Part shown: positions 48,006-59,147 of the stretch, piece by piece
Layout: the number at the start of each line of letters is the position of its first letter
Numbering within the stretch: the stretch's first letter is position 1
Assembly (NCBI GenBank): GCA_964195715.1
Contig: CAXMRU010000243.1
Coordinates: 1 to 61,524 of the forward strand
Length of the DNA: 61,524 nucleotides
From: Akkermansiaceae bacterium
GTDB lineage: Bacteria > Gemmatimonadota > Gemmatimonadetes > Palauibacterales > Palauibacteraceae
Direction of reading: 5' to 3'
Notes under the pieces: generated by a model
What the model saw: the letters and a program-made list of their open reading frames with translations, nothing else
Database searches by the model: none
Told to the model about the DNA's origin: nothing
Made by a program: the position numbers and the translations under genes

Positions 48006-50084
48006 ATGTCCCGGCGACGCAGCGATCTGCAGCGATCCGTCCAGTACCTGAAAGGGGTCGGTCCGCGGCGGGCGGAGAAGCTGGCGAAGATGGGGGTGCG
48101 AACGGCGCACGACTTTCTGTACCACGTTCCGCACCGTTACGAGGACGCCACCACCGTAGCGAGCATCGCGTCTCTGAAACCGGGTGACGACGCGAGCATC
48201 ATCGGGCGAGTGGTGTCCAAGGGAGTGATCCCGACCCGGCGGCGGCTGCGCATCTTCCACGCTGTGCTCAAGGACGACTCCGGCCTTATCGAGTGCGCAT
48301 GGCCCGGCCAACCGTGGCTCGACAACACGATTCACAAAGGTGATCTGCTGCTTGCCTCCGGGTCGGTCGGCTTCTACCACGGCAGGCAGATGCGTCCCCG
48401 CGAGCATACGCTGCTCGCTTCCTCCCGCGAAGCAGACGCCGGGATGGGGCGCGTCTTCCCTGTCTATCGGGCGACCGAAGGGTTGAGCCACAGGCAGATC
48501 CGGTCCATCGTCGATGCCAACCTTGACGAACTCCTGGAGGAGGTGGAAGACGCGGAGCTGTTCAGTCCCGACTGGCGGCGGGCCGTAGGGTTGATGCGGC
48601 TGCCCGAGGCGCTGGAGAAGCTCCATCATCCACAGGCTCTGTCGGAAGTGGCTCCCGCCACGAGGAGACTGGCCTACGAAGAGCTTTTCTTCCTTCAGCT
48701 GCTGCACGCCCGGGCCCGGCACCGATACCGAAGTCGGCGGTCCGGGCTCGCGCTGGATGCGCCCGCCAGGCTGACCGATCGGCTGCTGGCAGCGCTGCCC
48801 TATGAGCTCACGGGGTCGCAGCAGAAGGTCTGGGCGGAAATACGGTCCGACATGGAGCGGCCCGCGCGCATGTACCGTCTGCTTCAGGGTGACGTGGGCT
48901 GCGGGAAGACGGTGGTGGCAGCAGCCGCGATGGCACGCGCGCTGGACTGTGGACGGCAGGCCGTCATCATGGCACCGACCGAGCTGCTGGCCGAGCAGCA
49001 CCAGCGGACGCTGACGGACCTCCTGGCGCCCATCGGAGTGGCTCCCGTGCTCCTGACGGGCTCGGTGACGGGCCTGAAGAGGGCTTCAGTGCTCGAGGAT
49101 GTGCTGAGTGGTACGGCCCGCGTGATCGTGGGAACGCACGCTCTTATTCAGGACGGCGTGGAATTCGGGCGGCCAGGTCTCGTTGTGATCGACGAGCAGC
49201 ATCGTTTCGGCGTGGAACAGCGTCGTGCGCTGCGAGACGCTGGAGGAGACGCCGACACGCTGGTGATGTCGGCCACTCCGATTCCGCGTTCGCTGGCGTT
49301 GGCCCTGTACGGAGACCTGGACCTCAGCGTGATCGACGAGATGCCGCCTGGACGTAAGTCGGTGATCACGGGTGTCCGTGGCCCCGGCTACCGACCGGCG
49401 GCGTTCGAGTTTCTTCGCGGTCAGCTCGCGGCCGGTCGTCAGGCGTACATCGTGTATCCTCTCATCGAGGAGTCGGATTCGATCGAGGCGGCCGCCGCAA
49501 CCCGCGCGGTCGAAGATCTCTCGGAGCTGTTTCCGGAGTTCCGGCTGGAGCTCCTGCACGGCCGGATGAGCAGTGCGGACAAGGACTCCGTGATGCGTCG
49601 ATTCCTGGCAGGAGAGACGCAGGTGCTCGTGGCCACGACCGTGATAGAGGTCGGAATCGACGTGCCAAACGCGACGGTGATGCTGATCGAGCACGCCGAG
49701 AGGTTTGGGCTTGCCCAGCTGCACCAGCTCCGCGGAAGGGTGGGCCGCGGCGCCGATCAGAGCTACTGCGTGGCATTCTACTCCGGGGAAGCCCCAGCCG
49801 AGCGCCTGCGAGCGTTCGCGAGCACGACCGACGGCTTCGCGCTCGCCCGGGAGGACCTGCGCCTTCGCGGACAGGGAAACCTGTTCGGGGCCGAACAGCA
49901 TGGTCTGCCTGCGCTGCGCTTCGCCGATATCGAACGGGACTACGAGCTTCTGGAGCATGCACGCGACCGGGCGAGGGCCATGGTTGACTCGGATCCGGAG
50001 CTTGCCTCCGGGCCTAATCGGGGGTTCGCCCGCGTTCTCGCCGAGCGCTACGCTGACCAGGCAGCCCTGTACGCCGTGGGATGA
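48006..50084 (+). CDS. recG: ATP-dependent DNA helicase RecG
   Basis: QGDVGCGKT, DEQHRFG, SATPIPR, QLHQLRGRVGRG. Confidence 0.97.
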   Translation: MSRRRSDLQRSVQYLKGVGPRRAEKLAKMGVRTAHDFLYHVPHRYEDATTVASIASLKPGDDASIIGRVVSKGVIPTRRRLRIFHAVLKDDSGLIECAWPGQPWLDNTIHKGDLLLASGSVGFYHGRQMRPREHTLLASSREADAGMGRVFPVYRATEGLSHRQIRSIVDANLDELLEEVEDAELFSPDWRRAVGLMRLPEALEKLHHPQALSEVAPATRRLAYEELFFLQLLHARARHRYRSRRSGLALDAPARLTDRLLAALPYELTGSQQKVWAEIRSDMERPARMYRLLQGDVGCGKTVVAAAAMARALDCGRQAVIMAPTELLAEQHQRTLTDLLAPIGVAPVLLTGSVTGLKRASVLEDVLSGTARVIVGTHALIQDGVEFGRPGLVVIDEQHRFGVEQRRALRDAGGDADTLVMSATPIPRSLALALYGDLDLSVIDEMPPGRKSVITGVRGPGYRPAAFEFLRGQLAAGRQAYIVYPLIEESDSIEAAAATRAVEDLSELFPEFRLELLHGRMSSADKDSVMRRFLAGETQVLVATTVIEVGIDVPNATVMLIEHAERFGLAQLHQLRGRVGRGADQSYCVAFYSGEAPAERLRAFASTTDGFALAREDLRLRGQGNLFGAEQHGLPALRFADIERDYELLEHARDRARAMVDSDPELASGPNRGFARVLAERYADQAALYAVG

Positions 50085-50086
50085 CG

Positions 50087-50115
50087 TTGACCCGGCTCGA
50101 TGCCGGATCTAGCTT
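50087..50115 (+). promoter_or_regulatory. sigma70-type promoter of asnS
   Basis: TTGACC-N17-TAGCTT. Confidence 0.6.
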
Positions 50116-50153
50116 CGCCGCCGCGCACCGACCGCAACTACGGAAAGCCAGAA

Positions 50154-51455
<1,302 letters not shown>

Positions 51456-51540
51456 CCCGACGGCTCGTCCGGGCCTCAGCAGCCTGTCAGTGAAACGAAC
51501 CCGCACCGATGTGCGTAAGGAAAAGGCGAGAGGAGGCAAC

Positions 51541-51822
51541 ATGGAACTGATCGCAGCTCTGATGCTCGCGGCCGCCGGGGCCGGAATGGGCGTGAGCTAT
51601 GTGAAGGTGAGACAATTCGTCAGGACTAGGCTGCGCTTCGTGGACGCGGCGCAGAAGCCTGCAGCGCCCTGGATCGCCGGGATAGCCGGGGTGATCGTAG
51701 CCGCTCCGGTGGTGGCGTTGCTGCCTGTCCTGGGGTCGGTCACGGCCGTGGTCTACGGTGTGGTAGTGGGTGTCGGCGTGCGAAGCGGTCAGAAGCAGGT
51801 AAAACAGCTCACGGGCGGCTGA
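51541..51822 (+). CDS. Small hypothetical membrane protein
   Basis: GGAGG SD, 93 aa with 2-3 hydrophobic segments. Overlaps the mazG 3' end by 14 nt. Confidence 0.75.
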   Translation: MELIAALMLAAAGAGMGVSYVKVRQFVRTRLRFVDAAQKPAAPWIAGIAGVIVAAPVVALLPVLGSVTAVVYGVVVGVGVRSGQKQVKQLTGG

Positions 51823-52699
51823 TCCCAGCCGCCTTCACGCGTTTCCACAGCTCGTCCAGCTCCTGAAGGCTCGCATTCCGTGGGTCGAGGCCTTCGCGGT
51901 GGGCCAGTTCCAGCACACCTCGAAACCTGCCGGCGAACTTAGCAGCGGAGCGCTCGAGGGCCGTTGTCGGGTGAACGCCCGCGAGTCGGGCGACGTTCAC
52001 AGCGGCGAACAGGATGTCGCCAAGCTCGTCCTCCACGCGCGGATCCACCTCATGCACCCGGTCCGTCACCGGCTCTGCTGATACCTCGAGCGATTCCCTC
52101 AGCTCGCGCAGCTCCTCGTCCAGCTTCTCGAGGGCGCCCCACACGTTCGGCCAGTCGAAGTTGAGGCCCGCGGCGCGGTCCTGCATGCGCAGAGCTCGGC
52201 TCAGGGGCTCCAGTCCGGCGGGGAGGCCATCGAACGGATCGGACGGTTGCCCGGACTCTTCGCCTTCCCCTCCGGCCGCACGATCCCTTTGCGCCGCCTT
52301 CATTTGCTCCCAGTCCGGGGCCTCCTCCGCGTCGCCGTATACATGCGGATGGCGCTCCCGCATCTTGTCCTCCAGGCCGGCTACGACGGACGATGCGTCG
52401 AACGTGCCGCGCTCCTCGCCCAGCACGACCTGGAAGGCGACGTTAAGCAGAAGATCTCCGAGCTCGCGGCTGAGCTCACGGTCCCGGCCCGAGAGAATTG
52501 CATCGGCGACTTCGTGAGCTTCTTCCAGGAGGTAGGGTCGGAGACTGTCAGGCGTCTGGCGCGCGTCCCACTCGCAGTGATCGCGCAGGTGCCTGACGAG
52601 GGCGAGGCTCCGCCCGAGGGTCGCGTCTCCGGGACGGGCGCGTTCCATGTGTTCCGCCTCGGCCCCGCTCGGGCCCGGAATCCGTTGCTCAGGGGACAT
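51809..52699 (-). CDS. mazG: Nucleoside triphosphate pyrophosphohydrolase MazG
   Basis: LR..CEWD..QT, EEAHEV, ELGDLL, RHPHVYG, and a second EELRE/ELGDILF domain. Confidence 0.95.
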   Translation of the reverse strand: MSPEQRIPGPSGAEAEHMERARPGDATLGRSLALVRHLRDHCEWDARQTPDSLRPYLLEEAHEVADAILSGRDRELSRELGDLLLNVAFQVVLGEERGTFDASSVVAGLEDKMRERHPHVYGDAEEAPDWEQMKAAQRDRAAGGEGEESGQPSDPFDGLPAGLEPLSRALRMQDRAAGLNFDWPNVWGALEKLDEELRELRESLEVSAEPVTDRVHEVDPRVEDELGDILFAAVNVARLAGVHPTTALERSAAKFAGRFRGVLELAHREGLDPRNASLQELDELWKRVKAAGISRP

Positions 52700-52713
52700 A
52701 GGCCAGATATACT

Positions 52714-53910
52714 ATGCCGGCCTTGAAAAACGTGCCAATTGAAGTGACCGAGCGCGCATGGATGGAAGTGGATCTGGGCGCGTTGCGCAGGAATAACCGG
52801 GTCCTCTCGGAGCGTGTTGGCGCCGGGTGCAGTCTCCTTCCCGTGGTAAAGGCCGACGCCTACGGTATCGGGATGGAGCGCGCCGTGCGCGCCCTGCGCT
52901 CGACCGAGCCCTGGGGCTTCGGGGTGGCGACGACTCAGGAGGGGCGAGCCCTTCGCCGCCTCGGTTGGGAGGGGCCGGTGATCGTTTTCGCGCCGACGCT
53001 TCCCGCGGACGCCGAGAGCCTCAGGATGGAGCGCCTCGAGCCGGTGGTCTCCGGCATCGAGGCGCTGCTTGGTTGTGCGGCGTGGGATGGTGGAGAGGTC
53101 CTGCCGGTGCACCTCGAGGTCGACACTGGTATGGGGCGCCTGGGGCTCGCCTGGGATTCGGCCGCGGAGTGGTCGCACGAGCTGGCCGACGCATTGACCG
53201 GTGGGACTATGAGACTGGCAGGTACGCTGACCCACTTTCATTCGGCCGACCTGCCCGACGACTCGACGGACACGCAGTGGAGCCGTTTCCAGCAGGCGCT
53301 GGATGCCATGCGGTCCGCCGGAGTGGAGCCGGGGTTGGTTCACGCGGCCAACAGCGCGGCCGCGATGCTCCACGGTGGGACCACGGCCGATCTGGTGCGA
53401 CCGGGCATCTACCTGTACGGTGGAGGGTCCTGGGAGCCCCGGGCCGCTCCCGTGGTGAGCGTCAGGGCCCGGGTCCTGGCGGTCCGGGACGTCGCTGCGG
53501 GCACGACTGTGAGCTATGGGGCTACGTGGACGGCTCCGGCGCCAGCGCGGCTGGCCACTCTCAGTATCGGGTATGGTGACGGTCTGCGGCGTGAGCTGTC
53601 GAATCGGGGCCGGGCGTTGGTCCACGGCCGGGAGGCACCGATTCGTGGTGTCGTGTGTATGGACACGACCGTCGTCGACGTTAGCGGCAGAGATGACGTT
53701 CGACCCGGTGATGTGGCGACGCTTCTCGGGACCGACGCGAACGAGATGATCGGACTCGCCGAGATGGCCCGGCTGTGCGATACGATCGAGTACGAGATCC
53801 TGACCGGTTGGGACGACAGGCTGCCCCGGCTCGAACTGGATCACGAAGGAATGGACATCGACGGCGACCTCGTCGCCGAGGCCCTCGAAACGATACGAGA
53901 TGGCATCTGA
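52714..53910 (+). CDS. alr: Alanine racemase
   Basis: VVKADAYG, DTGMGRLG, HAANSA, VRPGIYLYG, VSYG, GYGDG, CMD. Start uncertain. Confidence 0.96.
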   Translation: MPALKNVPIEVTERAWMEVDLGALRRNNRVLSERVGAGCSLLPVVKADAYGIGMERAVRALRSTEPWGFGVATTQEGRALRRLGWEGPVIVFAPTLPADAESLRMERLEPVVSGIEALLGCAAWDGGEVLPVHLEVDTGMGRLGLAWDSAAEWSHELADALTGGTMRLAGTLTHFHSADLPDDSTDTQWSRFQQALDAMRSAGVEPGLVHAANSAAAMLHGGTTADLVRPGIYLYGGGSWEPRAAPVVSVRARVLAVRDVAAGTTVSYGATWTAPAPARLATLSIGYGDGLRRELSNRGRALVHGREAPIRGVVCMDTTVVDVSGRDDVRPGDVATLLGTDANEMIGLAEMARLCDTIEYEILTGWDDRLPRLELDHEGMDIDGDLVAEALETIRDGI

Positions 53911-54349
53911 TACCAAGCTGCAGGAATTGAGGGCACAGGCGCTTCGCGCCATGGAAAGCGCGTACGCGCCCTACTCCGGTTTTCGGGTCGGCGCGGCCGT
54001 AGAGTCGGTCGAGGGCGGGATCTACGTCGGGTGCAACGTGGAGAACGCCTCGTTCTCGGCCACCATGTGCGCAGAGCGCGTTGCAATTGGGGCCGCCGTG
54101 GCCGCGGGCAGCCGAGAACTACGCCGCGTGTTCATCTGCGCGACGTCACCCGCCCCGGTGCCTCCGTGTGGTGTGTGCCGGCAGACGCTGGCGGAATTCG
54201 GCCCGGACCTCGAGGTCGTGAGCGAGAGCGAGAACGGCCGTCGTGCCACATGGCGGCTGTCGGATCTGCTCCCGGAGCAATTCCGACTGGAAGATCACAC
54301 AGTCGGGGACGTGAACCCGTCGGACTCGGACGAGGAGAGCGTTTCTTGA
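53900..54349 (+). CDS. cdd: Cytidine deaminase
   Basis: APYSGFRVGAA, NVENAS, CAER, PCGVCRQ. Confidence 0.96.
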   Translation: MASDTKLQELRAQALRAMESAYAPYSGFRVGAAVESVEGGIYVGCNVENASFSATMCAERVAIGAAVAAGSRELRRVFICATSPAPVPPCGVCRQTLAEFGPDLEVVSESENGRRATWRLSDLLPEQFRLEDHTVGDVNPSDSDEESVS

Positions 54350-55617
54350 TCCGACAGAGGTGGGCGATCTTCCCGGTCATGGTCGCCGTAGTGGCGCCCG
54401 TGGCCTGTACCGAAGACCCCATCCTGGCGGTCGACTCCGAATCGGCCCCCGGTGTATCCACGCCGACGATTGAGGTCGTTCTGGAGGCCGGCGAACTACC
54501 ATCCTGGCGGGACACCACCTACTGGGGCTTCACCCTTCCGAGTTCGGCGGCGTTCAGGCTGTCCTCGGATCGGGAGGACCTGCAGGCGAGGCCACTGGGC
54601 CGCTTCAGTGCGATCCCGGACTCCGTGTTCGTCGACACCGCTCGCGTCGCGATCGACAGTTTCACGTCTGCAGCGATTCGAGTGTCGCTGGATACCCTGC
54701 AGTCGCTGATTCCGGACGGCGGCGTAGAGCTCGCCGCCTGGTCGCTGTCAAGGAGCTTCAAGGCGGAGGAGGCGACCTGGCTGGTCTCCCGGGAGGGGGA
54801 GCCCTGGTCGACGCCGGGCGGTGACCTCGAGACCCTCCTGGGGGCCGATTCGTTGAGCTTCGACGTGGATTCGCTCGCGGACCTTCCAGACAGCGTCCTC
54901 GTGTGGCTCGACGGCGACGTCGATTCGCTGCTGACCGCCTGGCGGGAGACGGAGGGAGAGAAAGGATTCGCGCTCGTACTTACGGGACCGGGAGGCGAAA
55001 TACGGGTCAACACGGTCTCACTGGTGGCGGAAGCGGTTCCGGAAGGAATCGACACCGTGGTGACGGTGATTCGCGGCGCGATCCCGAGCACTTTCATCTT
55101 CGATCCGCTGACGCCGGAGCCAACGACCCGCCTGCGGCTGGCGGGCCTGCCTTCGGCTCGCTACTACCTGGATTTCGAGCTTCCCGACAGCCTCGGCATC
55201 ATCCCGCTTCGCGGCGCGACGATCAACCGAGCCGCGCTGGAGTTTCGTCCGACCGCGGCGCCGACTGACCCATTTGCGCTGGACGCCAACATCGCGGCGC
55301 AGGCCGTGAGGCTCCTCGCGGATCCGTTCGTGTTCGGCGAGAAGACGCCGATCGGTGCTACCCTCGGTGACGTGGAGTCTCTGAGGCCGGAGACGCTGTC
55401 CTCGGGCAGCGTGATGCAGTACGACATCACGTCGCTGATCCGCGTGTGGACACAGGCACCGGCGGATTCCACTCTCTTCCTGCGGGTGGGCATCATCCCC
55501 TTGCCGGAGAGTCGCCAGTTTGGGTTCTGGGAGTTCTTTTCCGACGAGGACGCGCCGGGTCTGCGGCCGGTCGTGCGTCTGCTGTTCACCCCCAACCCTT
55601 CCTTCCTGCTCCCGTGA
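54346..55617 (+). CDS. Putative lipoprotein, beta-rich, with a DNRLRE-like segment
   Basis: TTGA overlap with cdd. Signal peptide with lipobox-like PVA-C. Contains EATW..GEPWSTPGGD. Confidence 0.7.
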   Translation: MIRQRWAIFPVMVAVVAPVACTEDPILAVDSESAPGVSTPTIEVVLEAGELPSWRDTTYWGFTLPSSAAFRLSSDREDLQARPLGRFSAIPDSVFVDTARVAIDSFTSAAIRVSLDTLQSLIPDGGVELAAWSLSRSFKAEEATWLVSREGEPWSTPGGDLETLLGADSLSFDVDSLADLPDSVLVWLDGDVDSLLTAWRETEGEKGFALVLTGPGGEIRVNTVSLVAEAVPEGIDTVVTVIRGAIPSTFIFDPLTPEPTTRLRLAGLPSARYYLDFELPDSLGIIPLRGATINRAALEFRPTAAPTDPFALDANIAAQAVRLLADPFVFGEKTPIGATLGDVESLRPETLSSGSVMQYDITSLIRVWTQAPADSTLFLRVGIIPLPESRQFGFWEFFSDEDAPGLRPVVRLLFTPNPSFLLP

Positions 55618-56819
55618 CGGCGCGAGGCGGTGGTCGGGTTGGGTCCTGGTGGTGTCTCAGGATCCCGGCGTCCGCGCTGGTATTGGTCCTTGCTCCGGGA
55701 ATCCTCGCCGCACAGACGCCGGTGACCAGCCTCGGACTGGGCTATCCGGTGCCGCCACTGGACGCACGTGCGGCGGCCCTCGGCGGCACGGGCATGGGGC
55801 TGTTCGGCGGGTCCTTCTCGTCGCGCAATCCGGCGGACCTCACGATGTTCACAAATCCCGCGGTTGGGGGCACGCTGGCGCCCGAGGCGGTGAGTCTGAA
55901 GACGATCGACGGGACTCAGTCGCTCGGGCGGAGCCGATTGGCCGTGGTCCAGGGGGTGCTGCCTTACCAACAGTGGCGGTTCGGGGTCAACGTAAACTCC
56001 GAGCTCGATCAGGACTGGGACGTGATCCTGACGGACACGCTGGAAACGGGCTTCGGTGATTATCCGTTCGTGGAGAGCCGGCAGATCGACGGTGGCGTCA
56101 GCACGGTCGGCTTGAGCGTGGCCTATCGCATGGGTCCGCTCGGCCTGGGCGTGGAGGGAAGCGCCCTGACGGGCAACCGGAGGCAAGTGTTCCGTCGCAC
56201 GTTCGAGCCGGCCATCGGCGATCCTACGAACCAGATCGGAGGCGCGTTCGGCGACTCACGCTGGGCGTTCAGCGGCTGGCGGTTCCGGGGCGGCGTGATG
56301 GGCGAGATCGGGCGGCGGGCGATCGTCTCGGCGACGGTCACCGCCTATACACAACTCTCGGCTGAAAAGGATACGTTCGGCATCGCCTTGGAAACGCAGA
56401 AGTTCGATATGCCCTTCGAGGTGGCGGGCGGAGGCAGCGTCGTGCTGACACGAACGCTCATGCTGGCGGTCGCCGGGGGCTGGAAGGGCTGGTCGGCGAC
56501 GGACTTCAGGGTATTCAATACCGAGTCCGCCGACGTTATCTGGCTTGGTGGTGGCATCGAGTACGTCGGAGTCAACTGGGGAAGCATGCCCATCCCGCTT
56601 CGGATCGGCTACCGGTACACTGATCTCCCGTTTTATGATGGCGACTTCGAACAACTGACCGAGCAGGCGTATACGTTCGGATTGGGCGCGCGGCTGGCAG
56701 GCGGTCGGGCGGTGCTGGACCTCGGGTTTGAGATCGGGAGCAGGGGGGACCTCCCGAAGACGGGGACGGAAGAGAGCTTTCAGCGCTTGTCGCTGTCCCT
56801 GGGCATCAACTCGATGTAG
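55614..56819 (+). CDS. Putative outer-membrane beta-barrel (FadL/PorV-like)
   Basis: GTGA overlap, signal peptide, ARAAALGG and NPA motifs, amphipathic beta strands. Confidence 0.7.
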   Translation: MTARGGGRVGSWWCLRIPASALVLVLAPGILAAQTPVTSLGLGYPVPPLDARAAALGGTGMGLFGGSFSSRNPADLTMFTNPAVGGTLAPEAVSLKTIDGTQSLGRSRLAVVQGVLPYQQWRFGVNVNSELDQDWDVILTDTLETGFGDYPFVESRQIDGGVSTVGLSVAYRMGPLGLGVEGSALTGNRRQVFRRTFEPAIGDPTNQIGGAFGDSRWAFSGWRFRGGVMGEIGRRAIVSATVTAYTQLSAEKDTFGIALETQKFDMPFEVAGGGSVVLTRTLMLAVAGGWKGWSATDFRVFNTESADVIWLGGGIEYVGVNWGSMPIPLRIGYRYTDLPFYDGDFEQLTEQAYTFGLGARLAGGRAVLDLGFEIGSRGDLPKTGTEESFQRLSLSLGINSM

Positions 56820-56852
56820 GAAGATGGACTGCGGTGCACAGCGTGGCCATCG

Positions 56853-57593
56853 TCACGCCGCTCGGGTGGAGCGCACCGCCTCCAGGACCTCCCTTTCCAA
56901 TAGATCGGGATGCGTGACCGGCCAGCCGTGTCCACGCTGCACTCTGCGCACCACGACCTCCCGACTCGACCCGGCGAGGAAGCTTTCGGCCTCTCCGGGC
57001 AGGTACAGGCGGTCGAACTCGGCGAGTACGATGTGCGCTGCAGGCGCCGTCGGCCGGAACGAGTGCGCGAGGCAGTGCAGGGTCTCGGAAACGGTGGGGA
57101 ACAGGCTGGCCGGACGTAGCACGGCTGCTCCGAGATAGTCCCGCATGATGTTCCAGGCCCAGCCCGCGCCCCGGCTTCCCTCGAGGCCCAGGTACTCGCG
57201 CAGCTGAAGGCGTACCGCACGCCCCACCTTCGTGCCCCAGCCGACCGTGAGAGGGATCAGGGGCGAAAGGGCGATCGCGGGTGCGGATCCGAGGAGAGCC
57301 AGGAACCCGCCGTAGGAGTGTCCGACCCGGAACGCAGCCGGGGCAAACTGATCGGCCATCGCTTCGGCGAGATCTCGATAGTGCTCGATCCCGGCCGGAA
57401 GATCCGTGTGCGTCCGGAACGAGAGATCCGGCACGAATACGGTAAAGTGACGCCCCAGTCGCGCCATGCCCTCGCGATAGTAGCCGGGGTGTACCCCCAG
57501 GCCGGGCAGGAAGAGGATCGGCTCACCGTCGCCGTGGACTTCGACCGGGACCTGGAGTCCGTCGAATCGGAAATGTTCGCTTCTCAGCACCAT
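56853..57593 (-). CDS. Alpha/beta-fold hydrolase
   Basis: LFLPGLG, GHSYGG nucleophile elbow, candidate Asp (EFD) and His (GHGW). Confidence 0.8.
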   Translation of the reverse strand: MVLRSEHFRFDGLQVPVEVHGDGEPILFLPGLGVHPGYYREGMARLGRHFTVFVPDLSFRTHTDLPAGIEHYRDLAEAMADQFAPAAFRVGHSYGGFLALLGSAPAIALSPLIPLTVGWGTKVGRAVRLQLREYLGLEGSRGAGWAWNIMRDYLGAAVLRPASLFPTVSETLHCLAHSFRPTAPAAHIVLAEFDRLYLPGEAESFLAGSSREVVVRRVQRGHGWPVTHPDLLEREVLEAVRSTRAA

Positions 57594-57598
57594 GCCCG

Positions 57599-57627
57599 AT
57601 CCTACGAGAGGGGGCCGGGTCGGGCAA
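57599..57627 (-). promoter_or_regulatory. Promoter for a probably leaderless hydrolase transcript
   Basis: On the minus strand, TTGCCC-N17-TAGGAT-N5-ATG. Confidence 0.5.
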
Positions 57628-57755
57628 TCGGCGCGAGTAGTGCACGGTCGCCGACGTGGGGCGTCGATGGTGGCCGGCCTCGTCCCCGCCCGGTACGTTC
57701 AGGCCGTTGAAATCCAGTTGATCAAGGACTCCAGCTTGAGGCAAGGCGAGCATCC

Positions 57756-59147
57756 GTGAACGAAGTGACAGGCCTGATACCTCTCAGGCGAAAAGGAGAG
57801 GGCCCGGTCGGGATGGCGCCGCTGGTCCCCGTGACGCGGCGCGCATTCATCGAGACCTACGGCTGTCAGATGAACATAGCCGACTCCGAGCTCATGGCGG
57901 GAGCCCTGGCCAGGTGCGGGTACGTGACGGTCGGCGATCCGGCCCAGGCCGACGTCATCGTGATCAACACTTGCGCGATACGGGAGCACGCCGAGACGAG
58001 GGTACTGGGGAGAATCGGGCAGCTCCAGGTATACCGTCGGGATCATCCCGAGCTCGTTCTCGCCGTTACCGGGTGCATGGCGCAGCGTTTGGGCGACAGT
58101 TTGCTTGAAAATACATCTGGCGTGGACATCGTGGCGGGCCCGGACTCTTACCGACAGCTGGGAGACCTGGTCGACGAGTTGAGATTCGGTACCGTGCCCC
58201 GGGGACAGGCCCTGCTCGAGCTGGACGAGACTGAAGGGTATGAGGGCGTCGAGGCGATCCGCCGCGAGGGAGTGACCGCCTGGGTAACCGTGCAGCGAGG
58301 GTGCGACCACCGATGCACATTCTGCATCGTGCCCTACGTGAGGGGAGGCGAGAAGAACCGCGAGCCCGAGGCGATCCTCGCCGAGGTGAGAGCGGCGGTA
58401 GATGCCGGGTACTCCGAAGTCTCGCTTCTCGGCCAGACCGTGAACTCGTATCGGTCCGGGGAGTGGGACTTTGCGCTCCTCCTGCGCTCGGTGGCGCGCG
58501 TGGAAGGTGTCCGGCGTGTCCGCTTCATGTCGCCCCACCCCAACGACGTGACCGATGGAATGATCCGGGTGATGGCGGAGGAACCCGCCGTGTGTCCTCA
58601 GCTACATCTCCCGGTGCAATCCGGATCCGACCGGGTGCTCAAGCGCATGGTCCGGCGGTATACAGCCCGTGCATTCCTCGATACCGTGGAGCGAGTCAGG
58701 GATACCGTACCCGGCGTGGCTCTGAGCACGGATGTGATCGTCGGCTTTCCCGGTGAGAGCGAGGAAGACTTCGAGCAGACTCTCTCGGTGATTCGGCATG
58801 TCCGTTTCGACGATGCCTTCCTGTACCGGTATTCCCTGCGCGCCGGGACTCCGGCGACGCGCTTGCCAGACAGTGATTTCATCGACGAAGACACGTCGGG
58901 TCGGCGGCTGCAGGAGGTCATATCTGTGCATCGCGGCATCCAGCGTGAAATCAACGAGTCGGAAGTGGGCTCGATACACGAGGTGCTGGTCGAGCGACCC
59001 GCCCGTTCGGAGGGCGACCTCATGGGACGGACCGCTACGGGCAAAGTCGTCGCGTTCGCCGGTCCGCCGGAGTGGAAGAACAGCTACCATCGAGTGCGAC
59101 TCACGTCGACCAGCGGACCGACCTTCCGCGGGGAGGTAGTAACGTGA
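57756..59147 (+). CDS. miaB: tRNA-2-methylthio-N6-dimethylallyladenosine synthase
   Basis: TYGCQMN, NTCAIRE, CxxxCxxC (CDHRCTFC), TRAM domain. Alternative ATG at 57813. Confidence 0.96.
   Translation: MNEVTGLIPLRRKGEGPVGMAPLVPVTRRAFIETYGCQMNIADSELMAGALARCGYVTVGDPAQADVIVINTCAIREHAETRVLGRIGQLQVYRRDHPELVLAVTGCMAQRLGDSLLENTSGVDIVAGPDSYRQLGDLVDELRFGTVPRGQALLELDETEGYEGVEAIRREGVTAWVTVQRGCDHRCTFCIVPYVRGGEKNREPEAILAEVRAAVDAGYSEVSLLGQTVNSYRSGEWDFALLLRSVARVEGVRRVRFMSPHPNDVTDGMIRVMAEEPAVCPQLHLPVQSGSDRVLKRMVRRYTARAFLDTVERVRDTVPGVALSTDVIVGFPGESEEDFEQTLSVIRHVRFDDAFLYRYSLRAGTPATRLPDSDFIDEDTSGRRLQEVISVHRGIQREINESEVGSIHEVLVERPARSEGDLMGRTATGKVVAFAGPPEWKNSYHRVRLTSTSGPTFRGEVVT

Noticed and set aside
51809-52699. 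mazG as part of a toxin-antitoxin or anti-phage system
   Set aside because: Housekeeping two-domain form, with no mazEF or defence genes nearby.
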